A stretch of 25,036 nt of DNA from Bugula neritina (taxonomy: Eukaryota > Animalia > Bryozoa). The stretch is taken from contig CAXIUT010000142.1 of the NCBI GenBank assembly GCA_964035545.1, positions 1-25,036 of the forward strand, written 5' to 3'. A program made the position numbers and the translations under genes. Each line of letters opens with the position of its first letter. Position 1 is the first letter of the stretch. The notes under the pieces are model-generated. The model saw only the letters and a program-made list of their open reading frames with translations, did not search any database and had not been told where the DNA came from. Of this stretch, positions 12,401-25,036 are shown piece by piece.

Positions 12401-13536
12401 ATGAACCAATAGGCATCAGGAGACTCACATCAGCCAAGCCTCCATCCATCTAACCATCCAACAGAACCTAATCAGCCCTATCAACTATAACTCAACCAAC
12501 AACAAGTTCTCTACCTTTCCTCACTTCTCCCACAAAATTATTCCTTCCAAATAGAAATTAAACCTGCCAAAAGAAATGCTTCTTCCTCCAAATCTTTCAA
12601 AGAAACACCAAAAATACCCCAAGAACCCAAAAGAAAACTCAAAGTATGAACTCTCTTATTCAGGATTAACCCAAAACCATCACCTCAAAAACCAATAACA
12701 ATCGATCCGTCAAAACCAATAATTCTATTAGGTATACCTAAGAAGCCTAAAATTCTGTTTATTAAAAATATAGTGCTCAAAAAAATGTCAAAAGAAACGC
12801 CTTTGAAGGTGTCAGCTAAGCTCTTCGTCCTTGTATCCGTATCCTAAGTCTCTTAAAAAACAGCAAGACCTCCTGGCCTTTCAGATAGCCAGTAGACCCC
12901 ATCGCTCTTAACATTCCTCAGTACATTGAAATCATAAAAGAGCCAATGGATCTTTCAACGATATAAAATAACCTCAAAACAGGTCAATACATAACTCCAA
13001 CTCAATTTCATGCTGATGTCTCAAAGATAATACAGAACAGCTATACATTCAACACTTCAAACTTCTAATTTCTCAAAGCAACTTAATAATTCTAAGCATA
13101 CTACAGAAAGATAACTTCATAACCAACAACAGATTTCTCTAGAACATATTCCTACGATATTCAAGAAAGTTATGCAGCAAAATCAACTACTCTTTAAAAC
13201 AAAAAATCAAGAAAATAACATAAAGAAGTTGATTACTCACAAAATGGACCAGTTATTTCAATGGCAGAAAAGAAAGAACTTGGACTCAATATAAAAAAAT
13301 TACATAAATAAGATATGAAAGGAATACTAGATATTGTCAATGAAGGAACCAATAAAATAATTGGATAATTCGATCTCAAAGAACTAGACTCAACTATCAT
13401 TAGAAAATTACAAATCTATGTTAAAGAAAAACTTTCAGGATAAAGTAAAACTAAAGGAATCAACGGAGGCGATAACAATTACAATTAAAATGAATAGTAA
13501 TCATCATTCTAAGTTGGAGAAGAAGACTAAAGCTGA
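12401..13536 (+). CDS. BET-family protein (single bromodomain plus ET domain)
   Basis: 20-nt intron 12644-12663; [31 protein letters not shown]...NSYTFN (bromodomain with conserved Asn) and SMAEKKELGLNIKKL...EFDLKELDSTIIRKLQIYV (ET domain); 371 aa. Confidence 0.92.
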
Positions 13537-13673
13537 TCTTTGAATTTTGCATTCTTCCTCAATACTTATCACTTATTTGTATCAACCTCTCTATTTTCTT
13601 TAACTATTATCTATTTCTCTTGATTTCTAGATCATTTAATCCAAAATAAATTTATAGCTTCGACCTGATCTCC

Positions 13674-15235
13674 ATGAACAACACTCTTACCCCATCAGGA
13701 CCTAAATGTTTTGGAACAACTAAGCGAAGTATATCATTCTTACCAAGAAAGTTTTGTAGACGAAGGAGATAAAAGTATACCTGGACCAGGAACACATTCT
13801 CCCAAAAGAATGGATAAAATATTAAACCCATAATGGACATAAGGAATCTCAACCAATCGACAAACCTTTATATAACCACATCGATTCCAATACCCAGCTC
13901 CCACTCAATACAAACCAAAATATTCATCAATATAAGTAATCATCACGTCACTCAGAAACAAGGAAATAAATATTCGATTCCACATAACTAAACAAGTCCC
14001 AGTCAATAGAGCTATGCTCCAGTACTAAAACCAGAAATGAAATTAAATAAAACTCAATACCCACAATATAGTTTCGGATAGAGTGCTTAAAATAACTATA
14101 ACAATGGAATTCCTGGAGTAGGATCCTATCAACTTAACTTAGAAGAATAACCTTTCAATAAGTATATATCTATCAAAAATAGAACACAAAATCATTTTGG
14201 AACAGGAGATAGACCTCTTCCCTATGGATAATAAGGAAAGTTTCCAGGACCAGGAAAGTATCTAACCATAGACTGTGAACGAACAACTAAATACAGTTTC
14301 TCAAAAACATAAAGAATACCCATCATTGAAAAAAAGAAATCAACTACAACACCCAAGCTATACGATCTTGGATATAAAAAGCATGTTCCAAAAAATAATA
14401 GATTTTTCGATATAAAAGATAACAAAAAGTAAACCTTTCTATTCTAACCAAATTAAAATCCAGGACCAAGTTAATATAATCCTTACTAAAAACATAAAGT
14501 ACCGAATGGAGTTTTCTAATATTCCAAAAGAAAGACTTTTGATCTTAAGATACCAGCTAACTATCCAAGTCCAGATAAATATGCTGGAGAATAAATATTA
14601 ATGAAAGATAAAAAAGGAGTTAGCTTTATCAAAGGAATTAGAAATCTATCAGTTACTTAGAGAATGATACCAGGTCCTGGAAAATATTAACCTATGAAAA
14701 CTTTTTGTACTACTATTGGTGGAGCCATTGGAAAAAGTTAGTAAAAATAAAAATAACCTGAAACTATTATTACTACTCCTAGTTCTTGTGACTATCAACC
14801 AAAATACAAACTTACAAAGTATAAACCTCAATCAACCATCGCTTTCAATGCTAATCGCTGTGATTTCAGCAAAACTATTACTGGAGCTATTGGACCAGGT
14901 TAATATTAACTCAAAAAAGAAGGAAATAAAAGCTAACTAGGTAAAATAGGTCAGAGTAAACGTTTATAATTATATCCTTCTAACAAAAATGTAATAATTG
15001 ACTTATTTAGCCTGGAGTGGGAAACTATTAGATACCAAATATGATCGGACGGTTGCCTAAATATTACAGTTCTCCTAAAAAAATAAACTAAAATGGATTT
15101 TCTACTTTTCATTAGAAACTTAAATACAAAATGATGCAAAATCAAAGAGCAAGAAAAATGGACAAATAATCCTAACTTAACTAATAAATAAACTAAAAAT
15201 CTCAATCTATTCCTTAAGTTCATTCTGAAAACTGA
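13674..15235 (+). CDS. Sperm-tail PG-rich repeat (SHIPPO/ODF3-like) ciliary protein
   Basis: Repeated PGPGxY-type motifs (IPGPGTH, IPGVGSY, FPGPGKY, PGPSEY, IPGPGKY, IGPGEY, PGVGNY) preceded by FG..R motifs; introns 13729-13747 (19 nt), 13936-13955 and 14991-15010 (20 nt). Confidence 0.88.
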
Positions 15236-15269
15236 TTTTATACCATAAAATTGGAAGAAATATCAATAT

Positions 15270-16109
15270 TCAATCTCTATGTGATCTAAATGTTCCATAG
15301 TACCCTTCCTACATCTTATAAAACGCCTATTCACCTCGCTTCTAGTAATCAGCTATAGTTTCTATTTATTTGTCCCATCTAATTCGATCTCTCTCATGAG
15401 AAGAAGGAGAAGTCATTCTCTTATAACGATCTCCTTTAGGATTACTCTCATACATACGATTACTATAAAGTTCTCCTTTAGCACGATTTCTATTATTATA
15501 CTCATTAGCCATTGAATTCGTCCAGTCTTTATTCTAAACTTCTACAATGGAACCTTTTTTCTTTTAATAGATTAGTTCTTCATAAAGCTCTTTAATTTTC
15601 TTGGAATATTTTTAAACTTTCAACTAAAGTTCCTCTATATATTATTTTGTTGAGTTATTTTATTAGTTTCTTTCCTGTTTTATCTCTCTCAATCTTCTCG
15701 TCAAATACTATTCATTTCTTTTTGATTTTTCATTGTCATCTTTAAGTCTTAAGTTTTAAACCTTAAGTGTTTCTATTTATTCACGATATGAATTCAAAAC
15801 ATTAATATTTTCATCTTGACGTCTAACCATCTCAGTAGTATACATGTTGTTTAAAGTTAGTTGATCTTTTTTCTTGTTAGTTTTAGTTCCTTTTTTCTTT
15901 TAATCGAAATGAAATATTTAATTGATGGGCTAATTTTGTTTTCCTAATCTTTGCTGAAGAGCTAATCTATGTTTTTTATGATGTTGATTAAGATCTATAC
16001 AGACTTCAGGCAATGATTTTTTAGCATTTTTCATACTAAAGCTGGCTTTCATAGAGTCATAACTTTTATGTTTACGAGCGTAGCTGTTATCAATTGAACT
16101 TTAATTCAT
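15270..16109 (-). CDS. Coiled-coil hypothetical protein
   Basis: ATG16109 to TGA at 15270-15272, 279 aa open with TAR=Glu; central heptad-like region. Confidence 0.75.
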
Positions 16110-16142
16110 TTTAACAGATTTATGCAAATATATGAGAATTGA

Positions 16143-17613
<1,471 letters not shown>

Positions 17614-17838
17614 TGCTTTTTGATAATATTATTTCACCAGGTGAAATTAAAGATTTATCTCAATAGCCTAATTCTATGAATTATCTAAATTATTAGAAAT
17701 ATTACAAGATAAAAATAAATCATATTTTGTTATATTCTTAGATATATTTGAAAAACGATTCGATCAATATTTATATTTACAAATATATATATAAAATAAA
17801 TATTTATCAGTATTTTTAGCTATTAATAGTTTTATCAA

Positions 17839-18087
17839 TCATATACTTTAATTTTAGGTTATTTTGATAATTTTATTGTCAGATTAAGCATTATTTTATT
17901 TGATTTTTATAAAATACTCGAGATTAATGATAGTTTATTGTTTATTTGATATTTTGTCTTTTGTCTTTTGATTCAGTTTTATTAAATTATTTTTTATATT
18001 TTATAAATAAATATGACTATTTTTCAAAGGACTTAAACTTTATATTCTGCTTTTATGGTATATTTACTCATAACTTGTTTGATTCAT
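17839..18087 (-). CDS. Possible small ORF (82 aa) in an AT-rich interval
   Basis: MNQTSYEEIYHKSRIESLSPLKNS...ENESI-TGA; no recognisable motif, and with only one stop codon such ORFs arise by chance. Confidence 0.3.
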
Positions 18088-18251
18088 GATAATTTAGATT
18101 TTTATTACTTTTAAATAACTTAACACTGATAATTTAATTTCTATGTTTAAACCTTTATATTTTTGCTTTATTTTGTATTTAATACTGATTTTTTTCCTCT
18201 ATCTTGATATGAATTTAATCCTTAATCTATTTAATTTCGATAATAAAAATT

Positions 18252-19660
18252 ATGTATATCAATAAACCATTACTAAAGGTTGAAAGAGTACGATCGTCAT
18301 CGATAAACTAATCGAAAATGCCTTCGGGTCAAAAAAAAAAAATAAACAAGGAAGACAGTACCTCCTTGATGCTATTCGTGAACTAGAAGAAATATAAAAT
18401 ATTTGGGCTAAATTATTAAAAGCAAGTGATGAAGAAATATAAAGAGCAAAAAAGCATAAAATATAAGTATAAGATGATTAAGCCTTCCTTCATTGTCAAG
18501 GTCTACTCGAATAATAATATGAAACCTAATAGTAAAAATTTGCAAAAGTCAGAAGACAACTTAAAGTGACTCTACAGACAGTTGAATAACATATCTAGAT
18601 TGTAGAATCATAAAAAATAGAAAGAGCAAAATAAATAGAGCAAGTAAAGGCATCTATTGAAGAACTTTAAAATTAATAAGCTAACTTTGGTAAAAAAGCA
18701 AAAAGAAAACATGATATTCGAGATAAAATAGAAGACTACACACGATAAATCTAAGCTGCTTCAATTAGGCTACAAGCAGCCAAGTAGAAAAGCTATGAAC
18801 AGAAAAGTTTGTACCTTTAAACTCAAGATTTTTAAATGAAGTTAAGTAACGATCTTGGAAAAGCTGATGAAGATGAAAAGACATATTTCTAGTTCAAAAA
18901 TAGATAAGAAAAATATAAACAACTCTCAAAAATGGTATAAAAATTGCATTCAAAAACAAACTCAGGTACAAGAGATGTATAAATTTATCTAAAAGATAAA
19001 ATAAATGCAATGGCTCACCTACGTACGAGTATCCTCTCGATCGATTAAAAAATAGTCGAGTACAATACTTCAATCTAAGAGCAACTTTATGTTATTGAAG
19101 GACTGAAAAGAAGATCTCATCAAGAAAGATTAGATGATGATACTAATTTCAAGAAATATCAAAGTAAGTATGAGAAACTATATTTTTCAAGAAATAATGA
19201 TATTGATAACTGGAAAAATTATAAATCCTATCTTCAAGAACTATTGAAGAAAGATCAAATGGAACCTCATCTTAAAAACTCAAGATCAACTTATAATCCA
19301 AATCCAAGAGTTTCTCGTATGAGAAATGAACCTCTCAATAAAACAAGTCACAGCAGAAGATACTCTCACCTGAAAACTGAGCCAAGATTATCTAAAATAG
19401 AAGAATAAGAAGAAGATCCTCGCATTGAGTCACGATTTATAGAAGCAAATAGTCCCTATTCAGTAAAAAATGGCATTCGTCGAGATAATAGCGTTCATTT
19501 ACCAAAATTAGTACGAATGAGTGGGAGAGAATAATCTTCTGGCAAAATAAAAGAAAACCTCAAGAAGATGATGAACGAATCGGATGTTTCTTTAGAATCA
19601 GTAAACAGTGACTAAGCTTTAAGTGGATAATTTATTTAGGTAGAATTCCATAAAAAATGA
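18252..19660 (+). CDS. Coiled-coil hypothetical protein (5' end unresolved)
   Basis: Long open frame from 18284 to TGA19658 (GRQYLLDAIRELEEIENIWAKLL...); ATG18252 is in a different frame, joined across an A12 run or an atypical intron. Confidence 0.7.
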
Positions 19661-19725
19661 TCTCACTTATTTTACCCATATTTATAACAAATATAATTAG
19701 ACAGCTATTCAGTATAAAATAAGCG

Positions 19726-21336
19726 ATGGACATCAAAGATTTCTAGAACAACTTCAAGTATAAACTAATATTACCCTTCATTTACTCTATCAGCATAATA
19801 CTCATGTTTATCGGTCCTTTCTTTTTCCCAGTAGAATACTAAAAATACTATATCTGGCCTATAATATATCTAACATTTCGATCAATTATGACTTGTATTT
19901 GGACAGCTATAGGGTCAGTAAAAACTTATCTTATTCTTAACAAATATTAAAGAATGTAAAAACCTCCATATGGCTAGCAATTAAACGAAACAAACGATAA
20001 TAAAGCAAAGTTGTTACCCAATACTTAAATATAAATGAAATAAAACAATAATAAAGGTCAATTCTATCATGCTTTTATCATTCCAAATTACAAATAAGAT
20101 TAAAAACTTCTTTAATCTACTCTCCAACAAATAGCCAATCACTAAGAAGCTGATTAAAGAATATTTGTCTTCCTAGCAATGGAAGCTCATGAACCATAAT
20201 CATAAATAAAAGCAAAAAAACTAATTAAAGAATTTTAACATAGTTTTAAACTTATGGGCTTTACTATGCATTAAATAAGACAGTACTAGCAAAAAGGAAA
20301 AGCAGCTAATGTTGGCTGGTGCGCTTAACACCTTGAAAAAGATTTTTTTATACCAAATAAAATAAAACCTGAAGAAGTAATGCTCACAATAATTGATGCA
20401 GATTCATGGATACCTAAAATGTACCTTCGTGAAGTAGATCAACATATTTAACAAAAATATTAATAAAGATTTTAAATCATTTTTCAACCTTGTCAAATGT
20501 TTTTCAGAAATCACATGGATGTACCTTGTATTACTAGAACCTATGATGTTTCTCATGCGATGGTACAGTTTAGCAACCTTTTCAGTCTTTTTAACACTTC
20601 TTTTCCTCTATCAAACTACTCTCTCTCATTTTCTTTAGCTAAATCTATCGGCTTTTGGGACACTTGTGCAGATGCTATAGGAGAAGATTTTCACACCACA
20701 ATCAAAGCCTTCTGGAAAACTAAAGGATCTGTAAAAACAATAAGTATTTTTACTCCTTTCAACCTAGTTAACATTCAAACAGGAGAAGGATATTTCACTG
20801 ATATATCAAAAAGATTTTGGCAAGCATAACGCCATGGTAGAGGATGTGCTGATGCTGCCTACTGCTGGAACAAAATATTTACTCAAGGAATCAACTGCTG
20901 GCGTCTCTTTTCCATAGTTTATCAAGTCCTTTAAATAACAACTCTTCCAGCTATTCTTCCATGGTGTATGCTAGCATCAACTGGTATGTCTATTTACTAC
21001 TATTTCTAACAACCTCCTGCAGGAATGATAGATCCATAAATAGTATCTTTGCTTTTCAATATTTGTGGTCTGAGTTTTCTTTTATCTTTCTTTCTTTTTT
21101 ATTATGTGAATCGAAGGGCAGCAAAAATTTATTTCGGTCTCAATCTTGAAAACTGGATTATTAGAGTTATAGAATACATTATTTTATTTATTCCTAATCT
21201 TTTTCTGATCACAGCACCTAGTGTTACAATAGCTGTTTTTCGAGTGGCTTTTGGCAGCAATGAATATGAAGTAGCATCAAAGAAGCTAACATAAAAATCT
21301 CAAATATTTTCCAAAATAAGCAGTTAACATTTTTGA
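19726..21336 (+). CDS. Membrane-bound family 2 glycosyltransferase (processive-type GT-A fold)
   Basis: Intronless, 536 aa; N- and C-terminal hydrophobic segments; HAFIIPNYKED, VFLAMEAHE, KGKAANVGW, TIIDADS, IGEDFH, WQAERHGRG (D,DxD,ED,QxxRW-like set). Confidence 0.85.
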
Positions 21337-21386
21337 TGATTAATTGATATATTATTTAAACACTCAAATTATAATTAAACCCGTGT

Positions 21387-23740
21387 ATGTCATCTGTAAA
21401 CCGAGTCCTCAAAAAAAGAAGATAGGCCCAAGCCTCAGTAGAATCCAATGTTCTATCTCAACAGCATATTAACTCACCACAAAAAGAAACCCATCACCAA
21501 AACCAACAATCTCTTTATAATCCCTAAAGATAAAAACAATACGAATAATATGCAGAATACGCTCAATACAACCCATCAACATTCTAGTTTTCAAACAACT
21601 ATCTTCCCAGCTCACTCAGTCTCTTCAATAAATACAGATCTCCCATGAGTTGCTTTATCAACCCGATCAATCTCGATCTAGAATATGTTTAATAAAATGC
21701 TAGCAATATTCCCAGGTGTAACAGTTGTAGAGCCTATATGAACTACTACAACCAAACTACAAACAAAGGATTCAAATGCTTTTTGTGCAACAGATAAAAT
21801 ATCTATGAATTCCAATATCAACCATCACAAGATCTTGTATAAATCAACAGTCCCAACTATCTAGTCGATGGTGCCAACGGGTAAAATCTATTTTAAGTAG
21901 AGTTTACAATGCTATTCCACCAGAACTTACCTATATCTTTGTAATTGACGTATCTAAGGAAGCAGCTTCGTGTAAGATGTTGAATTATATGATCACTGTT
22001 ATGAAAGATGTCTTATCGAGGTAAAGTCTTGATGATACCTTAATATACTTCTACACCTATGATGATAACCTTCATTAGTATGATTTTTCTGGAGAATAAG
22101 CCTAAAGAACCATCATGGATCCTTCACTAACAGCTGAATCGAGATCTAAAGATAACTCTTTGGGATAAATTAGAGTATTTTTATCATTATTTAGGATAAA
22201 CTATTCGCCCTTTTAGACTCTCTTTAAGAACTAGCATAAAAAAACACAAAGCATAACAGTTCTTTTTATAAAGTTATGACTTATGTCTATGAGAGTGTCA
22301 AGCACACAGGAGGGAAGATATTTTTATTCCAAGCAAATGAAGCTATTATTGGTGAAGACTTTGTCAATGAGAACTTTAAATGGAGCACAAATCCACAATA
22401 AAATAACATAAGATGTAAATCTCTTTTAGAATCGAAAAATAAACTATTCTTTAATAAATTTGTTCAACCCATGCTTGGTGAAAATATCTCTATTTCTTTT
22501 TTCATTTTTGCTAGAGCAAAAAAAAACATTAAAACCCTTTCTGATACTTGCAAACTTACCAATTCAGAACTGATGCACTACAATAAAGATAGCTAAGAAT
22601 AACTAACTAAATTTTATTACGATCTTTATCATCTTTTAGGTAGCACATACTACATCGATACAAGAGTAGAGTTCATTATTTCATCAGGTTGGTACTATAC
22701 TGCAGTCTATGGCAATCTATATCGTCTAAAAGAATACATAACTTTCAAATTTTGTCACTTCTAAGATTCGAAAAGAGTATGTGCTGTTTTTCTGCCACAA
22801 GATGGATTCAATGCAACTCCATATTTTTCTATTCAAATAGTAACCAACTACATCTACAAAAGAAAACACTTCATGACTGTAAATACAGCTGTAGTGCCCT
22901 TTACTACCAGCATTGATCGACTCTTCTAAAATATTAATATTCAAATAACAGGCTCCACTTTCTTCAAAATATATCTTTCAAGTCTCAGACTGGAAGATCT
23001 CACAACTTGCAAAAATAAATATGTCAAACATGCCGGTCAAATCTGGAAAGCAGCTTTTTAATTCTACAAAGGAGTAATTTTTATTTTATTCAGAATTATC
23101 CGCCAGAATTTAGAGCCATGATTCTCTCCTTCCTGGCTTTCTTAAAAAATTATCACTCACAAATAGACATGATCAATGATTCCAACGCCTTCGAAAAAAT
23201 AATCTCACAAAGAAATCTATTGCAAAGCTGCAACTATCTAGATCTCAATACCTACTTCTCACCTTATCTCTTTGATCTCACTACTATTGGATAAGATCGC
23301 TGTCTTGCTGATAATTTTATCTATCCTGATCCATGTGATCTACATTTTTCTTCAGTCAAAGAAGGAGTCTTCCTTCTAGATTGCGGATATGCTCTATATC
23401 TCTTTCTAGCCAGACAATATCATCCTAATTATTGCTTGGCTCTTTTTGGAAAAGATAAACTACTAAAAACAGATAAAGTCAATTAAGATACAATCATCAA
23501 CCAAGGAAATAAATATAGTTAGCAAGTACTTGAATTAATTCGAGTCCTCAGATAGTATTTATAAAATTATTTAGATCTAAGACATATGGCTGGGCTCCTT
23601 TACACATTGTTCGCTGTGGATAAAATACATAACAAGAGAAGAACTTCTACTTAAATTTCTATGAATAAAAATACCCATAATTCAAAACCTATAAATTAAA
23701 TTTCTAAGAGTTTACCAGCATGCTCAGCAAAGCCTATTGA
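21387..23740 (+). CDS. SEC24: Sec24-like COPII cargo-binding subunit
   Basis: Zn finger PRCNSCRAYMN...FKCFLCN, trunk motifs YIFVIDVS and GGKIFLF, gelsolin-like GVFLLDCG; four 20-nt introns (21881-21900, 22175-22194, 23074-23093, 23555-23574); 757 aa. Confidence 0.85.
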
Positions 23741-23808
23741 TTGTATGTTTACCTCAAGTAGTATTATTAAAGAATTAAACTATAAATATGAACTTAAACT
23801 TTAATTAT

Positions 23809-24093
23809 ATGGATATAACACCATAAAGCGATAAACTAAAAGCCCTCAACCTCATCGGACAAATCATGGAAGTACAAACTGGTAGCACTAAGCTCAAAGG
23901 ATAAGTATTCTACTTCAATGAGAAAGTTCTCATACTCAAAAACAATAAATAATATCTCTTCATCAACATCAATAAGTACGAATAGCTACAAATCAATTGC
24001 CAAATAGAACAAAATAACTCAGAAAAACTCAAATAAACTCTCAAACAAGATATTGTCAAACCCACTGACCTTCTATCCTACATTTTAGAATGA
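23809..24093 (+). CDS. Small Sm-like protein resembling the LSM12 N-terminal domain
   Basis: LIGQIMEVQTGSTKLKGEVFYFNEKVLILKNNKEYLFININ matches the Sm-fold pattern of LSM12/Gemin6; 94 aa (alternative in-frame ATG at 23788). Confidence 0.55.
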
Positions 24094-24201
24094 CAAAAAA
24101 AGAGCAATCCTATGATTTTACTAAAGAGTTATTCAAAAAATGACCAATATTTCATTTAATTTAAAATAGTTATCAATTTGTTATTATTATTATTTGTCTT
24201 A

Positions 24202-24354
<153 letters not shown>

Positions 24355-24402
24355 TCAACTTTCAGTCTCAGTGAAACTGATTCAATTTCAAGCAATCATT
24401 CA

Positions 24403-24719
24403 ATGGAGTCTAAATAAAAATCAAAGATATGGACTATTGAAGAAATATAACTTTTTCAGCTTTTACTTAAAAAGTATGGAACTGATTTTCACATTCTGAG
24501 CAACTTTTTTCCCAAAAAAACAAAGAATCAACTCAAAGTACATAATGTAAAATATAGAATCGATATAAGTTGTATATCAACAGCTAGAAAAAGAAATAAA
24601 AAGAATAAGTTAATAAACTTAAAGCCATGAGCAAACTTTTCCAAGAAGTTTAAGAACAATATGAAAAAGAATAAGAAGCCATGAAGAAAGAATAAGACTA
24701 AAAAATGAAAGCCTAATGA
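24403..24719 (+). CDS. SANT/Myb-domain protein (Bdp1-type SANT), 5' end uncertain
   Basis: KIWTIEEIELFQLLLKKYGTDFHILSNFFPKKTKNQLK|NRYK with 20-nt intron 24538-24557; the frame stays open upstream of ATG24403 into telomeric tract 2. Confidence 0.8.
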
Positions 24720-24888
24720 ACAAAGAATCAAATAATATCCCTTTTGTTTATATATCCTAATTATATACTATCCTATTCATCCTCAAAAATAAATTTTAAA
24801 TATCATTCGGTCATTCATTCATTTATCTTAGAGAATTTATCAAATATAATTCATTGTTTAGAATTAATAAGGGTTTATTTGATTTATA

Positions 24889-25036
24889 GGGGTTGGGGTT
24901 GGGGTTGGGGTTGGGGTTGGGGTTGGGGTTGGGGTTGGGGTTGGGGTTGGGGTTGGGGTTGGGGTTGGGGTTGGGGGTTGGGGTTGGGGTTGGGGTTGGG
25001 GTTGGGGTTGGGGTTGGGGTTGGGGTTGGGGTTGGG
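24889..25036. repeat. Right telomere, (TTGGGG)n
   Basis: About 24 G4T2 units running to the end of the sequence, with one G5 variant at 24973-24977. Confidence 0.98.

Noticed and set aside
11591-12409. Minus-strand gene reading tract 1 as PTPTPNPNPNPQPQPQPGQDNYEECEY
   Set aside because: The frame has four internal TGAs that no ~20-nt intron removes, about what chance predicts, and any C4A2 tract translates as Pro-X repeats.
13770-15030. Recurrent CCTGGA/CCAGGA DNA motifs as a repeat element
   Set aside because: Fully explained by the PGPG peptide repeats of the encoded protein.

Overview
This is eukaryotic DNA: a telomere-to-telomere 25 kb ciliate macronuclear (somatic) minichromosome or contig, with (CCCCAA)n at the left end and (TTGGGG)n at the right end. 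The supplied standard-code ORF track is fragmented because TAA and TAG both encode glutamate (they fall on invariant kinase Glu residues) and TGA is the only stop. This is the peritrich nuclear code (NCBI table 30), so the source is most likely a peritrich ciliate. Re-read by hand in that code, the molecule is packed with about 17 genes, often separated by only 30-180 bp: SAPS/PP6 regulatory subunit, DENN protein, PH-like protein, NEK kinase, BET bromodomain protein, sperm-tail PG-repeat protein, atypical alveolate MAPK, membrane GT2 glycosyltransferase, Sec24, an LSM12-like protein, a SANT/Myb protein and several coiled-coil unknowns. Thirteen of the 14 introns needed to restore frames are exactly 20 nt. 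The most unusual structure is two internal G4T2 telomeric tracts (11625-11687 and 24234-24315) in the same orientation as the right telomere; both begin at a CCWGG junction, and the second may lie inside a coding exon. All gene calls come from manual translation and motif recognition; no database search was run.
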